This document shows, one piece after another, positions 40,301 through 48,700 of a stretch of 64,000 bases of DNA (its first letter is position 1; each line of letters starts with the position of its first letter). The position numbers and the translations under genes were made by a program. Source of the stretch: Callorhinchus milii (lineage: Eukaryota); contig NW_024704742.1 in the NCBI RefSeq assembly GCF_018977255.1, positions 115,818,001-115,882,000 of the forward strand, in the 5' to 3' direction. The notes beneath the pieces were generated by a model. It was not told the origin of the DNA and made no database searches. It worked only from the letters and a program-made list of their open reading frames with translations.

Positions 40301-43300
40301 TCTTCCGCTAATGGAATTCAAACAATTACAATGCCAGTAAAGCATTTTTAGGCACTGAAAAAAGCCGGTAAATGCCAGTACCAGCATTGTAATTACACTT
40401 AGCTGGGAATTCCATCTCACAGGCCAAATTTCTTCCCCCCCCCCACCTTCCCAACCCCTCACAATTGGTCTGGCTGGTGGGATTTTAGTGTATTCTGTAA
40501 AATGATTGGTTGTAATACATGTACACTTAACGTGATGCCAATGTCCCAATGTCTTCTCTCCCTGTGTTCAAAGCCAACTTGCTGGTTCAAATCATGGTCC
40601 TTGCTTGCTGGGTTTGCTGGTCTCAGCCATAGCTACATGAAAGGCTAAATTGGCTCCAGCCTTCCCAAGGTTAGGAAGGGTAGAACCAATTAAAGTACTT
40701 AATCCTGGTCCCTCTATGAGGTCCTTGGGACGTCCTCCAGACGTTAAAGGCGCTACACAAATGTAATATGTTGCTGTGTGTAACTGTCTGCCAAGTGAGA
40801 GGAGGCATGCCAGCAATCACTGTCAAAGCTCATACATGAACACTGGGCACATTGATGGGGTACCAGAAGGCAACCAATGCCTGTGGAACCACATCCCAGC
40901 AAGAGGAGGCTGGGGACGAGGAGCAGAGACTGCCATTGAAGAGAAAATAATTGAACACATTAAAAAAAAAATCAAGATTGAACAACCTTTTTCGTCATCT
41001 TTCTCAGATTTAATTCAATTGCTCCTTTAAAGTAGCTATGGCATAATCTGTTGCATTTAACATTTAAAAGGAAATTCTGAAACACTTGCTTAAAATATTT
41101 GAATTATTATAAAGGGAAGTTATTTACATTACTACTTAATGTACTTTGATGGAATCATTATGAGAACCTGAAGTAATAAAAATGAATTGTCTTTTGGTTT
41201 GTTTGGCTTGCTATTCTGCAGCTAGAGAAATCTGTTATAGGTCTAACTCTGTGCTCTTTTTACAGGTGCATAGTTAAAATTACTGGTGATATGACCATGT
41301 CTTTCCCAAGTGGAATAATTAAAATCTTTACCAGCAATCCATCGCCAGCAGTGCTATCCTTTAGGATACGGAATACCAGCAAACTTGAGCAAATTCTTCC
41401 AAATTCACAGCTTGTATTTAGGTAATTTTTTCTACTCTTCTTCCAGAATTTTGGTGTCCATATCTATATTTATAGTATTTGGTTTAATTGTATTGTAAAG
41501 TTAATAATTGTAAAACGTTCAGCAGGATGAAATATAAAACTGTATTAACCTTGTTCATAGAATCATTGAGGGAAGCTGTTTCACCCATCCAGCCTATGCT
41601 GGTACTTGCTTCTCCACTGGAGCACACTACTCTGCTTATTTTTCTTTCCTCATATCTTTTTATGATATTCCTCTTTATATCTTCATCTTTTCTCTTTAGG
41701 ACATAAGCTCTCCGAATTATTCAAACCTTCCCTATTATACTTATCAATCAATCAATTCCCTATCAATTCCCGGCAGGGCGAAATGTTGGGCAAGTTTCCT
41801 TACTCCGCACGCCTCTGTTTACCTAGCAGTAAGTAGGAACCCGGTTGTTAGTCAATTGGCAGATCGCTTTTACGGAGGTAGTAATTCCTTCAATAAAATA
41901 ATAATGATGAATTGGTCACTTCAATCCATGACTGTCTGAAGAACACTGCTCTGCACAATTGGCTGCTGTTTTTCGCCCACAAAATGTCAATTCACTTTAC
42001 AGTATATTCTGTGAAGCACTTTGAGATGTCTCGAAGATGTGATAAGGCACTATATCACATGCAAGGATTATTATATTTAATTGTGAATAAGATTTGCAAA
42101 TCATGACAGCTCATCTCTTTATCTAAGATGCTTTTGTTTCATTTTGTTTTGTTTCATTTTTTTCTGTCACTCAGTGATCTATCACAGAGTGATTCCAACA
42201 CAAAGGATTTCTGGATGAACATGCAAACTCTCACTGCCTACCTCAAGAAATTGGCTGAACAGAATCCATCTGCCTCATACTATAATGTGGATATCCTAAA
42301 ATATCAGGTATGCCAACTAAGAAACCAAACAATTATGTATGGAATATAATGTTACAAATGCTTTAAAACTGGTTATCTAGCTAACATAAGTACAGTTTTG
42401 ACAGGAGCTCACCAATGCACCACCAGCTATATTGCTGTAGAAGATGCATGAACATTCCAAATATCTTCCTTGGGGGTGGAGGTAAGCGGGGTCTTCTTGG
42501 AGTTGAACTGGCTCCAAGGTGGCATGTTTGGCAACGGAATGTCGGAATCGAGCCAGCCCTCTGTGTTGTTCTCAATAGTCCAGCTCCTGAACCAGCCAGG
42601 TTTACTGCATACCTGCTGATGACTGTGCAGCCATCCTGGATCATCAATCAGCACGACCTGGAAGGGCAGACCAGTAACCGGAGCCAGGAAGTCATCCTGC
42701 CCACCTCCTGTCAATCATGCAAGCCAAAACCCCAAGGGGTAGGGTGGTCCTAGCTGGACAACAACAGGAAAGCTTGCCAGACAGCAATATCAATGGCAAG
42801 CTATGCGGTTTTAGCTGGTTAGATTCCAGCAGTACCCCAACTGTATACAATTCAAAGATAGGTTTGTTGGAATAGAATGTGCACTCTCTCCCTGGAGGGA
42901 CACATTCTGCTTACCTAATTCCAGAAAGTATTAGGTGCAGGTTAGCAAGAGCCTAGGTTTGGGGACCCCAGAGTGTGTGTTATATAATAATAATAATAAT
43001 CCTTGCATTTGATATAGTGCTTTTCACGTCAGGAGGACGTCCCAAAGTGCTTTTCGGAGTCCTGTAGCTCAGTGGTTAGAGCACTCGCTTTGCAAGTGAG
43101 AGACCTGAGTTCAATTCCAGGCAGGGCGAAACCTTGGGCAAGTTTCCTTACTCCACACGCCTAATAATAATCCCTCCAAAAAACCAAAAACAATAATAAA
43201 TTGGTCATTTTCAATCTACGACTGTTTGTGGGACATTGCTGTGCGCAATTGGCTCCCGCGTTCGCCCACAAATATACAGTCAATTCACTTTACAGTGTGT

Positions 43301-45708
43301 TCTGTGAAGCGCTTTGGGACGTCCTCCCGACGTAAAAAGCGCTATATCAAATGCAAGGATTATTATTATTATACAACACACACTCTGGGGTCTCCAAACC
43401 TTGGCTCTTGCTAACCTGCACCTAATACTTTCTGGAATTAGGTAAGCAGAATGTGTCCCTCCAGGGAGAATGTGCACATTCTATTCCAACAAACCTATCT
43501 TTTGAATTTCCATGTTGAGTTGGGATGCGTGGAAATCTCAGCTTGGTTTGGATCCTGTTAAGCATGGTGATGGGTTTCTGCATATGTCAGACACCTGGCT
43601 AACCAAAATTAAATCTCAGTTGGTAAAGTTATTGTCTTGTGAAATTGAGTCAAAGGTCCCAGGCTTATTTTTTGGCGTGTGCAGAGCTAGCTGATCTATT
43701 CGATAGCTGACCATCATTAACTTTTTTTGGAGCTGGAAATTTGTGTTAGTTCTAGGGTCTCAAGGATTGATAGGAATAAAACTGTTTTCCAAGATGTGGC
43801 TTTTTCCTTTTCCTGGAAATGAACAAGTACTTTATCCTTGTAGTTTATTCAAACAATAATCCATATAAATATATTCATTCTGTCATTAATATCTCCTTTT
43901 TTTCTCAGGTATCATCAAATGGCATTCTATCAACACCACTAAATCTAGCTACCTACTGGAAGTGCACACTTTCCACTACAGATGTTCGTGTGGACTACAA
44001 ATACAACCCAGAAGCTATGGTTATCCCCTCTGTGCTATCAAATGTGCAAGTTTTGATGCCAGTCGATGGTGGAGTTACCTGCATGCAGTCACTGCCAACT
44101 GCTGTTTGGTAATTTGGAACCACAAATTGTTATTCATTGTAGAAGTACTGTACTCCTTCGCAGAAAGAAGCACTATTATAATAGTATTCCTACTGTAGAG
44201 AAAAGTATGTATCAGAATACAAATCCTAGACTAGAAATTGAAGGATCTAAAATTTCAAGATAGCTAAAGGTCTTTTTATAGGCTGTAATATATGCTGCAT
44301 TACTAAGGGGAAAACAACAACAACAAGATTATATTTGTATAGCGCCTTTCATATCGGGAGGATGTCCCAAGGCGCTGGACAATGTACAGCATTTCAGGTA
44401 AAGAAAACAAAGAGCATAAGTGGAAGTGGAGTGTGGGCTAGTAATAAGGCAGAACATGCAAAGGAATAAGCATACATGAATAAAGGCAATATCGGTGGGG
44501 AGGAACTCACATCAGAAGAAGAAGGTGGAAGGGAATTTAATGGCTTTGGGAGTGTAGGAAAAATTCATTAAATGTAAAATTAAAAGAATCATTAAATGTA
44601 AAGCCTGACTGTGTGGAGGTTGTACATTATATATTTTTTATCTGACTCTGACAATACAGGAATGCAGAACAGAAGAAAGCCTTATGGAAACTATCTGAAA
44701 TTTCAGAAAAATCCGACGATGCAGGTAAATGAAGCATGTCATTTCTTAACTCTCCATAACATAGGTTTAAGCAGCTTGTATTAGTAATGTCCATATACAC
44801 TTAACCCCCGAATAACCGGACTAATCGGGGGTCCTCCAAGCCTGAGTTTCCGACTACCTGCTAATCCTTACATTTAACATTTAAAATAAATCATGAAACG
44901 TACCATATAAGCACAAATTATTGTTCTACTCTTTAAGGATGTGGAACATTAGGAGCAACTGGAAGTACAGTATTACATTGCTGAACAGCATAGCTTTAAA
45001 ATTAAAATTAGCTGCAAAAATTATCCCCCTCTGCAATCATTTTTAATAATCAGTGGAGACTGCTACATTTTTTTCTTTAGGTACTGGATCCCTCAGGGCA
45101 AAATTTGACATAACTGAAGGTCCTTCCAAACCATCAACACTTGCAGTGCAATTTATTAGTGAAGGATCCACGCTGTCTGGAGTGGACATGGAGCTTGTAG
45201 GCACCGGTTATAGACTTTCCTTAATAAAGAAAAGATTTGCTACAGGTAAAAACTGCTGTTGAATGGCTTGTGGAATGTTACATTTTATGGTTGTGTTTTG
45301 TGAGGGATATTACAATAGAGGCCTCTAACATGAAAGGGATTTTTAAAAATGATAACTCCACAGCAAACAAAATCATTGAATATTCAGTTCCTTGTAACAG
45401 TTTAAATAACTTATTTGCTAAGGGTTTTGCATTTTCTGTGTTGCTGCTTGATTCATAATTAAAATAATCTTTGCATTTGATACAGGGCAGGCATTTAATT
45501 CCGGGAGGTTACAAAAATAATTTACTTGTTTCTGATTACAAAGAAGTAAATTGCCCTAATATCTTAAATAACACATGGGTAAAAATTTAGATAAGGTTTT
45601 CTTTTCAATTGATGTTGCAGTTATGTGCAAAATAATTAGAGATCAGTTGAAGAAAGTAACTTGTTTCCTTTTCTTTCTTTCACAGGCCGATATATGGCAG
45701 ACTGCTGA
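1896..45708 (+). CDS. FCHO2: FCHO2 (F-BAR domain only protein 2), 5'-partial spliced CDS: linker/AP-2-activating region plus C-terminal mu-homology domain; 18 core exons
   Basis: 18 exons assembled by hand join in one open frame (1646 nt; every phase matches). The peptide is colinear with vertebrate FCHO2 from (G)PIEFEEC to [15 protein letters not shown]171 lies downstream, matching conserved synteny. The F-BAR exons are upstream of the window. Confidence 0.96.
2183..2255 (+). CDS. FCHO2: FCHO2 exon (73 nt): [23 protein letters not shown](V)
   Basis: tgcag acceptor, gtgagt donor; matches [23 protein letters not shown]. Confidence 0.93.
2775..2972 (+). mobile_element. CR1 LINE 3' end, degraded
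   Basis: RVVR.WNSLP-like remnant followed by CR1-type 3' UTR (gtggaatataaacaccagcatggac). Confidence 0.6.
3150..4330 (-). mobile_element. CR1 LINE 3' fragment (frameshifted RT C-terminus + 3' UTR)
   Basis: Minus ORFs [75 protein letters not shown]. Confidence 0.9.
4860..5225 (+). mobile_element. tRNA-derived SINE, full length, long subfamily
   Basis: GGAGTCCTGTAGCT..GTGGTTAGAGC (A box) and B box head, conserved body, L2-like tail, (ATT)n end; many copies in the window. Confidence 0.9.
5434..5458 (+). CDS. FCHO2: FCHO2 microexon (25 nt): ESPDADSV
   Basis: T-rich tract + ctacag acceptor, gtaagt donor; matches ECPDADSL; phases 2/0 fit. Confidence 0.9.
6006..6392 (-). mobile_element. L2 LINE 3' fragment
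   Basis: Reverse complement of the same tail; ORF 6059..6286 [18 protein letters not shown]. Confidence 0.85.
6440..7690 (+). mobile_element. L2 LINE, internally deleted ORF2 remnant
   Basis: RT motif [15 protein letters not shown] (ORF 7215..7760); C-rich strand; tail gctatataaatccaagttgttgtt. Confidence 0.88.
9148..10062 (+). mobile_element. L2 LINE 3' fragment including the RT YADD motif
   Basis: cacatgtatgcggatgacacccaactc = [19 protein letters not shown]; canonical tail. Confidence 0.9.
11095..11152 (+). CDS. FCHO2: FCHO2 exon (58 nt): [19 protein letters not shown](D), followed by a U12 AT-AC intron
   Basis: ttacag acceptor; ends at ATATCCTT U12 donor; matches NIPDVDEEGYSIKPETNQND. 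Confidence 0.93.
11153..12025 (+). other. U12-type (minor spliceosome) AT-AC intron, 873 nt
   Basis: Donor ATATCCTT (11153-11160); branch site TTCCTTGAC (12007-12015); terminal AC (12024-12025). Removal restores N-D-A-K-E-N in frame. Confidence 0.93.
12026..12195 (+). CDS. FCHO2: FCHO2 exon (170 nt): [28 protein letters not shown]...[18 protein letters not shown]
   Basis: AC acceptor, gtaagt donor; conserved FYSSSDS, IKP and ELKxSIGNxTLSP blocks; lies within ORF 11992..12243. Confidence 0.95.
12290..12500 (-). mobile_element. ancient SINE-like repeat (AmnSINE2-like, tentative)
   Basis: Degraded similarity, judged by eye, to pieces at ~34520-34640, ~40775-40970, ~48625-48760 and ~56105-56200. 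Confidence 0.35.
13024..13108 (-). mobile_element. L2 3' tail only
   Basis: (CAA)n..tacatttgtatagcgcctttcacgtcgggaggatgtcccaaggcgctgg. Confidence 0.85.
13856..13867 (+). CDS. FCHO2: FCHO2 microexon (12 nt): RHSP
   Basis: tttcag|AGGCACAGTCCA|gtaagt; identical to the RHSP peptide of FCHO2. Confidence 0.88.
14099..14123 (+). CDS. FCHO2: FCHO2 microexon (25 nt): NTMKQNSS
   Basis: ttccag acceptor, gtaagt donor; corresponds to VQMNRNLS; phases 0/1 fit. Confidence 0.85.
16034..16212 (-). mobile_element. L2 3' end
   Basis: Same tail motif plus G-rich 3' UTR complement. Confidence 0.85.
16429..16471 (+). CDS. FCHO2: FCHO2 exon (43 nt): (S)[13 protein letters not shown](D)
   Basis: C/T-rich tract + taag acceptor, gtaagt donor; corresponds to NEELTKSKPSAPPNE; phases 1/2 fit. 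Confidence 0.82.
17692..17786 (+). CDS. FCHO2: FCHO2 exon (95 nt): [31 protein letters not shown]
   Basis: atgcag acceptor, CAG|gtgatc donor; conserved DPLFGP block. Confidence 0.9.
18464..18791 (-). mobile_element. L2 3' fragment
   Basis: Tail motif plus [13 protein letters not shown] remnant. Confidence 0.85.
18792..19260. repeat. unclassified dispersed repeat; related copies at ~19991 and ~42490-43500
   Basis: Shared blocks gggtttccttga..gagttggc.tcaaggtgac, ccagcagtaccc, ggctcttgc.aacct.cacctaatact.tctggaattaggtaag. Confidence 0.65.
19376..19699 (-). mobile_element. tRNA-derived SINE, full length, short subfamily
   Basis: Reverse complement nearly identical to the copies at 43056 and 55140. 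Confidence 0.92.
20440..20706 (+). mobile_element. L2 RT internal fragment
   Basis: ctccttgtcctcctcgacctctctgccgccttcgacactgtcgaccac = [16 protein letters not shown]. Confidence 0.8.
22340..22622 (-). mobile_element. older tRNA-derived SINE (SacSINE1/Deu-SINE-like), degraded
   Basis: Minus-strand head gtgtcagctttgctcagttggtagagctcttgcctc; similar to the 29760-30180 copy. Confidence 0.55.
23079..23150 (+). CDS. FCHO2: candidate FCHO2 alternative exon (72 nt, phase 1/1): (A)[23 protein letters not shown]
   Basis: Very long polypyrimidine tract + ctcag, CAG|gtaaat donor, open in the required phase, length divisible by 3; no remembered homolog. Confidence 0.55.
24176..24679 (+). CDS. FCHO2: candidate FCHO2 large alternative exon (504 nt, 168 aa, phase 1/1), Ser/Pro-rich with WISFNDE motif
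   Basis: ttctcccttttccttcag acceptor and G|gtatgg donor bound a stop-free non-repeat frame (ORF 24208..24750) in exactly the phase needed between exons 17692-17786 and 27411-27526. Confidence 0.72.
25418..25591. mobile_element. non-autonomous hAT (Charlie-like) DNA transposon, 174 bp
   Basis: Perfect 8-bp flanking direct repeat CTTTAGCA (25410-25417, 25592-25599); degenerate TIRs ..tggtggcaaac / gttggctactg; subterminal gggccac motifs. Confidence 0.72.
27411..27526 (+). CDS. FCHO2: FCHO2 exon (116 nt): [38 protein letters not shown]
   Basis: aatag acceptor, gtaagg donor; matches ARPTTP...[23 protein letters not shown]. Confidence 0.95.
27955..28430 (+). mobile_element. L2 3' fragment
   Basis: LQNSAA..LHWL..FKIL remnant; tail gaagggcgctatataaatgtaagttgttgtt. 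Confidence 0.83.
28549..28686. repeat. 46-bp direct duplication nested with a 32-bp inverted repeat
   Basis: Unit 28549-28594 equals 28618-28663; arms 28595-28626 and 28655-28686 are reverse complements with one mismatch. Confidence 0.92.
29760..30180 (-). mobile_element. older Deu-domain SINE (SacSINE1/AmnSINE1-like)
   Basis: Minus strand reads tRNA-like head, then aaagatcccatggcaatc, then Deu-like body; related copies at 50575-50880(+), 53840-54062(+), 60110-60400(-). Confidence 0.65.
30595..30724 (+). CDS. FCHO2: FCHO2 exon (130 nt): [43 protein letters not shown]
   Basis: ttacag acceptor, gtaagt donor; conserved APLARAES...TPTV. Confidence 0.95.
32460..32516 (+). CDS. FCHO2: candidate FCHO2 alternative exon (57 nt, phase 1/1): (V)[18 protein letters not shown]
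   Basis: tttatttttcctcag acceptor, G|gtaatt donor, open, length divisible by 3. Confidence 0.42.
35092..35151 (+). CDS. FCHO2: FCHO2 alternative exon (60 nt, phase 1/1): (D)[23 protein letters not shown]1-alpha-insert-like
   Basis: aatag acceptor, CAG|gtacag donor, open 20 codons; resembles the recalled SGIP1 long-isoform peptide DDVFYDKLPSFERRCDTPA at the equivalent position. Confidence 0.8.
37571..37682 (+). CDS. FCHO2: FCHO2 exon (112 nt): (G)[36 protein letters not shown](K), start of the mu-homology domain
   Basis: tttag acceptor, gtacgt donor; near-identical to FCHO2. Confidence 0.96.
37900..38990 (-). mobile_element. CR1 LINE 3' fragment interrupted by a SINE
   Basis: Minus ORFs [67 protein letters not shown] resumes beyond the SINE. 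Confidence 0.9.
38753..38944 (+). mobile_element. 5'-truncated SINE inserted in CR1
   Basis: SINE body and tail identical in layout to the full-length copies. Confidence 0.85.
39140..39285 (+). mobile_element. CR1 3' tail
   Basis: gggtggaggttcgtgtgtagtgtaaacactgtcacagcttgttggactgaatgg. Confidence 0.55.
39508..39745 (-). mobile_element. CR1 3' end
   Basis: Minus [30 protein letters not shown]. Confidence 0.8.
41266..41421 (+). CDS. FCHO2: FCHO2 exon (156 nt): [51 protein letters not shown](S)
   Basis: tacag / gtaatt splice sites; muHD match. Confidence 0.96.
41764..42075 (+). mobile_element. SINE, 5'-truncated, long subfamily
   Basis: Starts at B box tcaattcccggcagggcgaaa; full body and tail. 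Confidence 0.87.
42175..42307 (+). CDS. FCHO2: FCHO2 exon (133 nt): [44 protein letters not shown]
   Basis: ctcag / gtatgc splice sites; muHD match. Confidence 0.96.
42849..43508. repeat. ~200-bp inverted repeat (arms 42849-43052 and 43307-43508) enclosing a SINE 5' half
   Basis: The left arm is the reverse complement of the SINE 3' end plus ~135 nt of downstream flank. Confidence 0.93.
43056..43372 (+). mobile_element. tRNA-derived SINE, full length, short subfamily
   Basis: GGAGTCCTGTAGCTCAGTGGTTAGAGCACTCGCTTTGCAAGTGAGAGACCTGAGTTCAATTCC...(ATT)n. Confidence 0.93.
43909..44108 (+). CDS. FCHO2: FCHO2 exon (200 nt): [19 protein letters not shown]...[16 protein letters not shown](W)
   Basis: ctcag / gtaatt splice sites; muHD match (ORF 43819..44112). 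Confidence 0.96.
44313..44397 (-). mobile_element. L2 3' tail only
   Basis: (AAC)n plus canonical tail complement. Confidence 0.85.
44660..44724 (+). CDS. FCHO2: FCHO2 exon (65 nt): [21 protein letters not shown]
   Basis: tacag / gtaaat splice sites; matches NAEQMKAFWKLSSISEKSENG. Confidence 0.94.
45081..45245 (+). CDS. FCHO2: FCHO2 exon (165 nt): (G)[54 protein letters not shown]
   Basis: tttag / gtaaaa splice sites; muHD match. Confidence 0.96.
45686..45708 (+). CDS. FCHO2: FCHO2 last coding exon: (G)RYMADC*
   Basis: Pyrimidine tract + cacag; TGA at 45706-45708; matches the C-terminus GRYLADC. Confidence 0.94.
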
Positions 45709-48700
45709 CGGTTCCAGTAGTAAGTTTTAGTTCGGTGAAGCACAAATTCACTAAGATATTTTGATGGTGCATTTAAACTTGCCTTCAATTTTCAACCACA
45801 AGGCATTCAGGAGTAAAACTACAGACAATGACAATATTTTCAAGAATACAAGAATTTTAAAAATCTGAATTTTGCCTTTGCCTTTTTTTGGTAACTAAGT
45901 TTCGAGGAAAATCTATACTACACAACTATAAACATGCACTTTGTTTTTTAAAAGTCATTTTTGAGAGGAATAAGTTGTATTTTTATTACATTAAATTAGC
46001 ACTGATGGGATTTTCAACACTGTTTAAAAAAATTGAAAACCTGCAATATTCAGGAAATATAAAGTAAATGTTTTTGAATACAATATGATTTATTTAGACT
46101 TTAATGAAGTCAAACCAGTGATCAGTAGACATGCTGAAATGTAAAAAAAATGAAATGTATAATGTATATCGAACACTTATAAATATATATGATAGACGAG
46201 CCAGCATTAACCATTTGCCTTCACTGTGCTACTATACTACTCTGTTATCAGATATAGTTTTGCAGACTACAACATTTTGCTGATTGTAAGATTAGCCATT
46301 GCAAAAAAATTCTATTGTTAAAAATCAATGATAAATATAGAGGTTCAGAATTTTGTATATGTGACTGTAAACTGGCTTACAATCTTTTGATTCAATGTTG
46401 TTCCATGTGCCATAGAAGCAGTGATTAGAGCAAGGTAAAGTATCCAACTTAAAATCAAAATACAATGGAAAACAATCTTAGATTTTAGTTGTTCAACTGA
46501 AGAATTCATAAATGACAAAGGTGAATAACAGTAACCCATGAACAGTGTTGGGATGATGATTACACCAGTGAAAGAATATCTGCAACTCTTCTCTGGGGGT
46601 ACTCAGCTCTTAAATAAACTAGAGCATTGCTACAGAGATTACGTTTTTGACAAACTTGCATTGTTTTTACATGTGCACCTTGAGCACTGTAAAATTGCAT
46701 TTACACGTGTGAAAATTAAATCTAAGATAATCTGTCAATGACGGTTACAAAAATTATTTTGCAAATATGAAAAGATCTATAAACTAGATGCAGGATATAC
46801 GGTAAAGCCTTCTATGTTCTCATCACACACTGATCTAAGTGATTTGATTAACGGCAGTTTATTTTAATTTCACTGCAATTAATGTCAAGTAGAATTGTCA
46901 ATATTTCCCCATAGAATAAATATTATAATTGGCTACCATTCATGGGACCAGTGCTATCCACTTCAGTTTATTCAATGCAATCTTAGTGTAGACTTCACAT
47001 TATCATTGCACCAAAACAGTGTTCTGTATGAGAATGCATTGATGTGTGAGGACTGAGATTGTCAATACTCTTGCGGTTTTACACAGTAAATATATTTGTT
47101 ATCTAAATGGTATCAGCCAATTTATTTTTATTTTAGCGTTGAGGTCCAAGTATTTTAAACCTGAAATACTGAGAAATGACCTTTTTTTTAAGAAAGAAGT
47201 ACTAGTGTAACTTCAGGAACGGCATAAATGTAATGTGTTTCAGCTGGATATGTAATTGAGGAAAGTAAAACGGTTTGTTTTGTACCTTGCAGGATTTTAA
47301 CCTAGCTTTCTTGATTCATGGTTTGGCTAACATCTTCAAACCAGCCCACCAAGATGTACTAAAGATTTTAAAAAAACACACATGTCAGCATTGATTCTTG
47401 TCAGTCACACATGTCAGTCTGTTTTCTCAAAGTTAACTTGTTAAAAAAAATCTGTGCCTGTGTCCTCACTATTGTGCCTCTTCTGTTTTCCTTATTTAAA
47501 AAAAACTAAGGTAAACATTTCTTCATGTATGAACATTGCGGACATGTGTATCATAAATATATTAATAATCCTTAGTTTTTGTAATGGGTTTAGAAGAGGA
47601 ATTAGATGTGGCATATGGCATTCATAGCAGAAGGTGTTTCAAGCATATTCTGATTTCTTTTAATGGGTTATTTGCAATAATCTACAGCCAATGTAATGGG
47701 AAACTTGTGCCACCGCTTTTTTTTATAAAATGCTCATGTATTTAGGCTTCTCACTGTTGAACAAGAGACATGATTCACTGTCTCACATTGAAGCAATGTG
47801 CATTGTTTAAAGGATTCTTCAGGCACAGTAAGCACCGTCAACTTCAAAATAAAATCTGAACAATGAAATGTAGAAAAAAAGACCCGATTTTGTATAGGGT
47901 TTTGTGTAAGATTTTGATTAATTATCTGATCAACTTGATTTGGTTTCTGATATGAACTGTCTTCAATAAACTACAGTACCTAAAAAACATTGCATTTTTA
48001 CCTGTACTTTATACGAAAAACTGTCTTCTCCTAAAAGGTTAAAAATTTCCATTTGCATTTTTGTTTATAAAACTGCATGATGCTACTTGGTGTTTAGTCC
48101 ATAAAATGCCTTGTTTTCCAGTACAACATTTTCCATTTTATTATAGCTTTTTAACTGTGGGAAAGATGCAGCTGATAAATTTGCTATGAATGTATTTGTG
48201 TAAATGTGATGCCTCCTTTTGAAAGCTTACTATGGAAAAATTGTGCCTAACTTTTAAACAGCAACTGTTTTGTATTCTTGCCATTTGTATCAAACTCCAT
48301 GAAATTTTAAAGGCAAGAGTTTAACAGACTTATAAAATAACAACTTGGATTTATATAGCATCCCTCACACAGGGTAGCATTCCAGAGCACATACAGCTGA
48401 TAAATTTGCTATGAATGTATTTGTATATAAATGTAATGCATTAACGTTAATTGAACTATTCCTTTTTGTCTGATCTTATACTTCAGCATAGAGCATGGGT
48501 GGAACAGAGAGAGTCGTGCACATGAACAGTCATGACAGTATTTTTTTTACCAGTGCTATGTATAACAGACTGTCACGACGGGGACATTGTAACATTTGTG
48601 CTTCTCAGTTAAAGGCAAAAGAACTCTTCTGATAGCTCAATCAATAAATGCACAGTGTGGTCGGTGGCGCAGACATACTGACCAGAAAGGGCCAAGATTC

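Noticed and set aside
40105..40390. Tigger/pogo-like terminal motifs (also ~16705 and ~44795)
   Set aside because: Could not pair convincing TIRs or define boundaries by eye
43056..43128. tRNA-like sequences with A/B boxes (also at 4860, 19699 minus, 55140, 60771)
   Set aside because: These are SINE heads: each continues into the same body and L2-like tail, and the acceptor stem does not close
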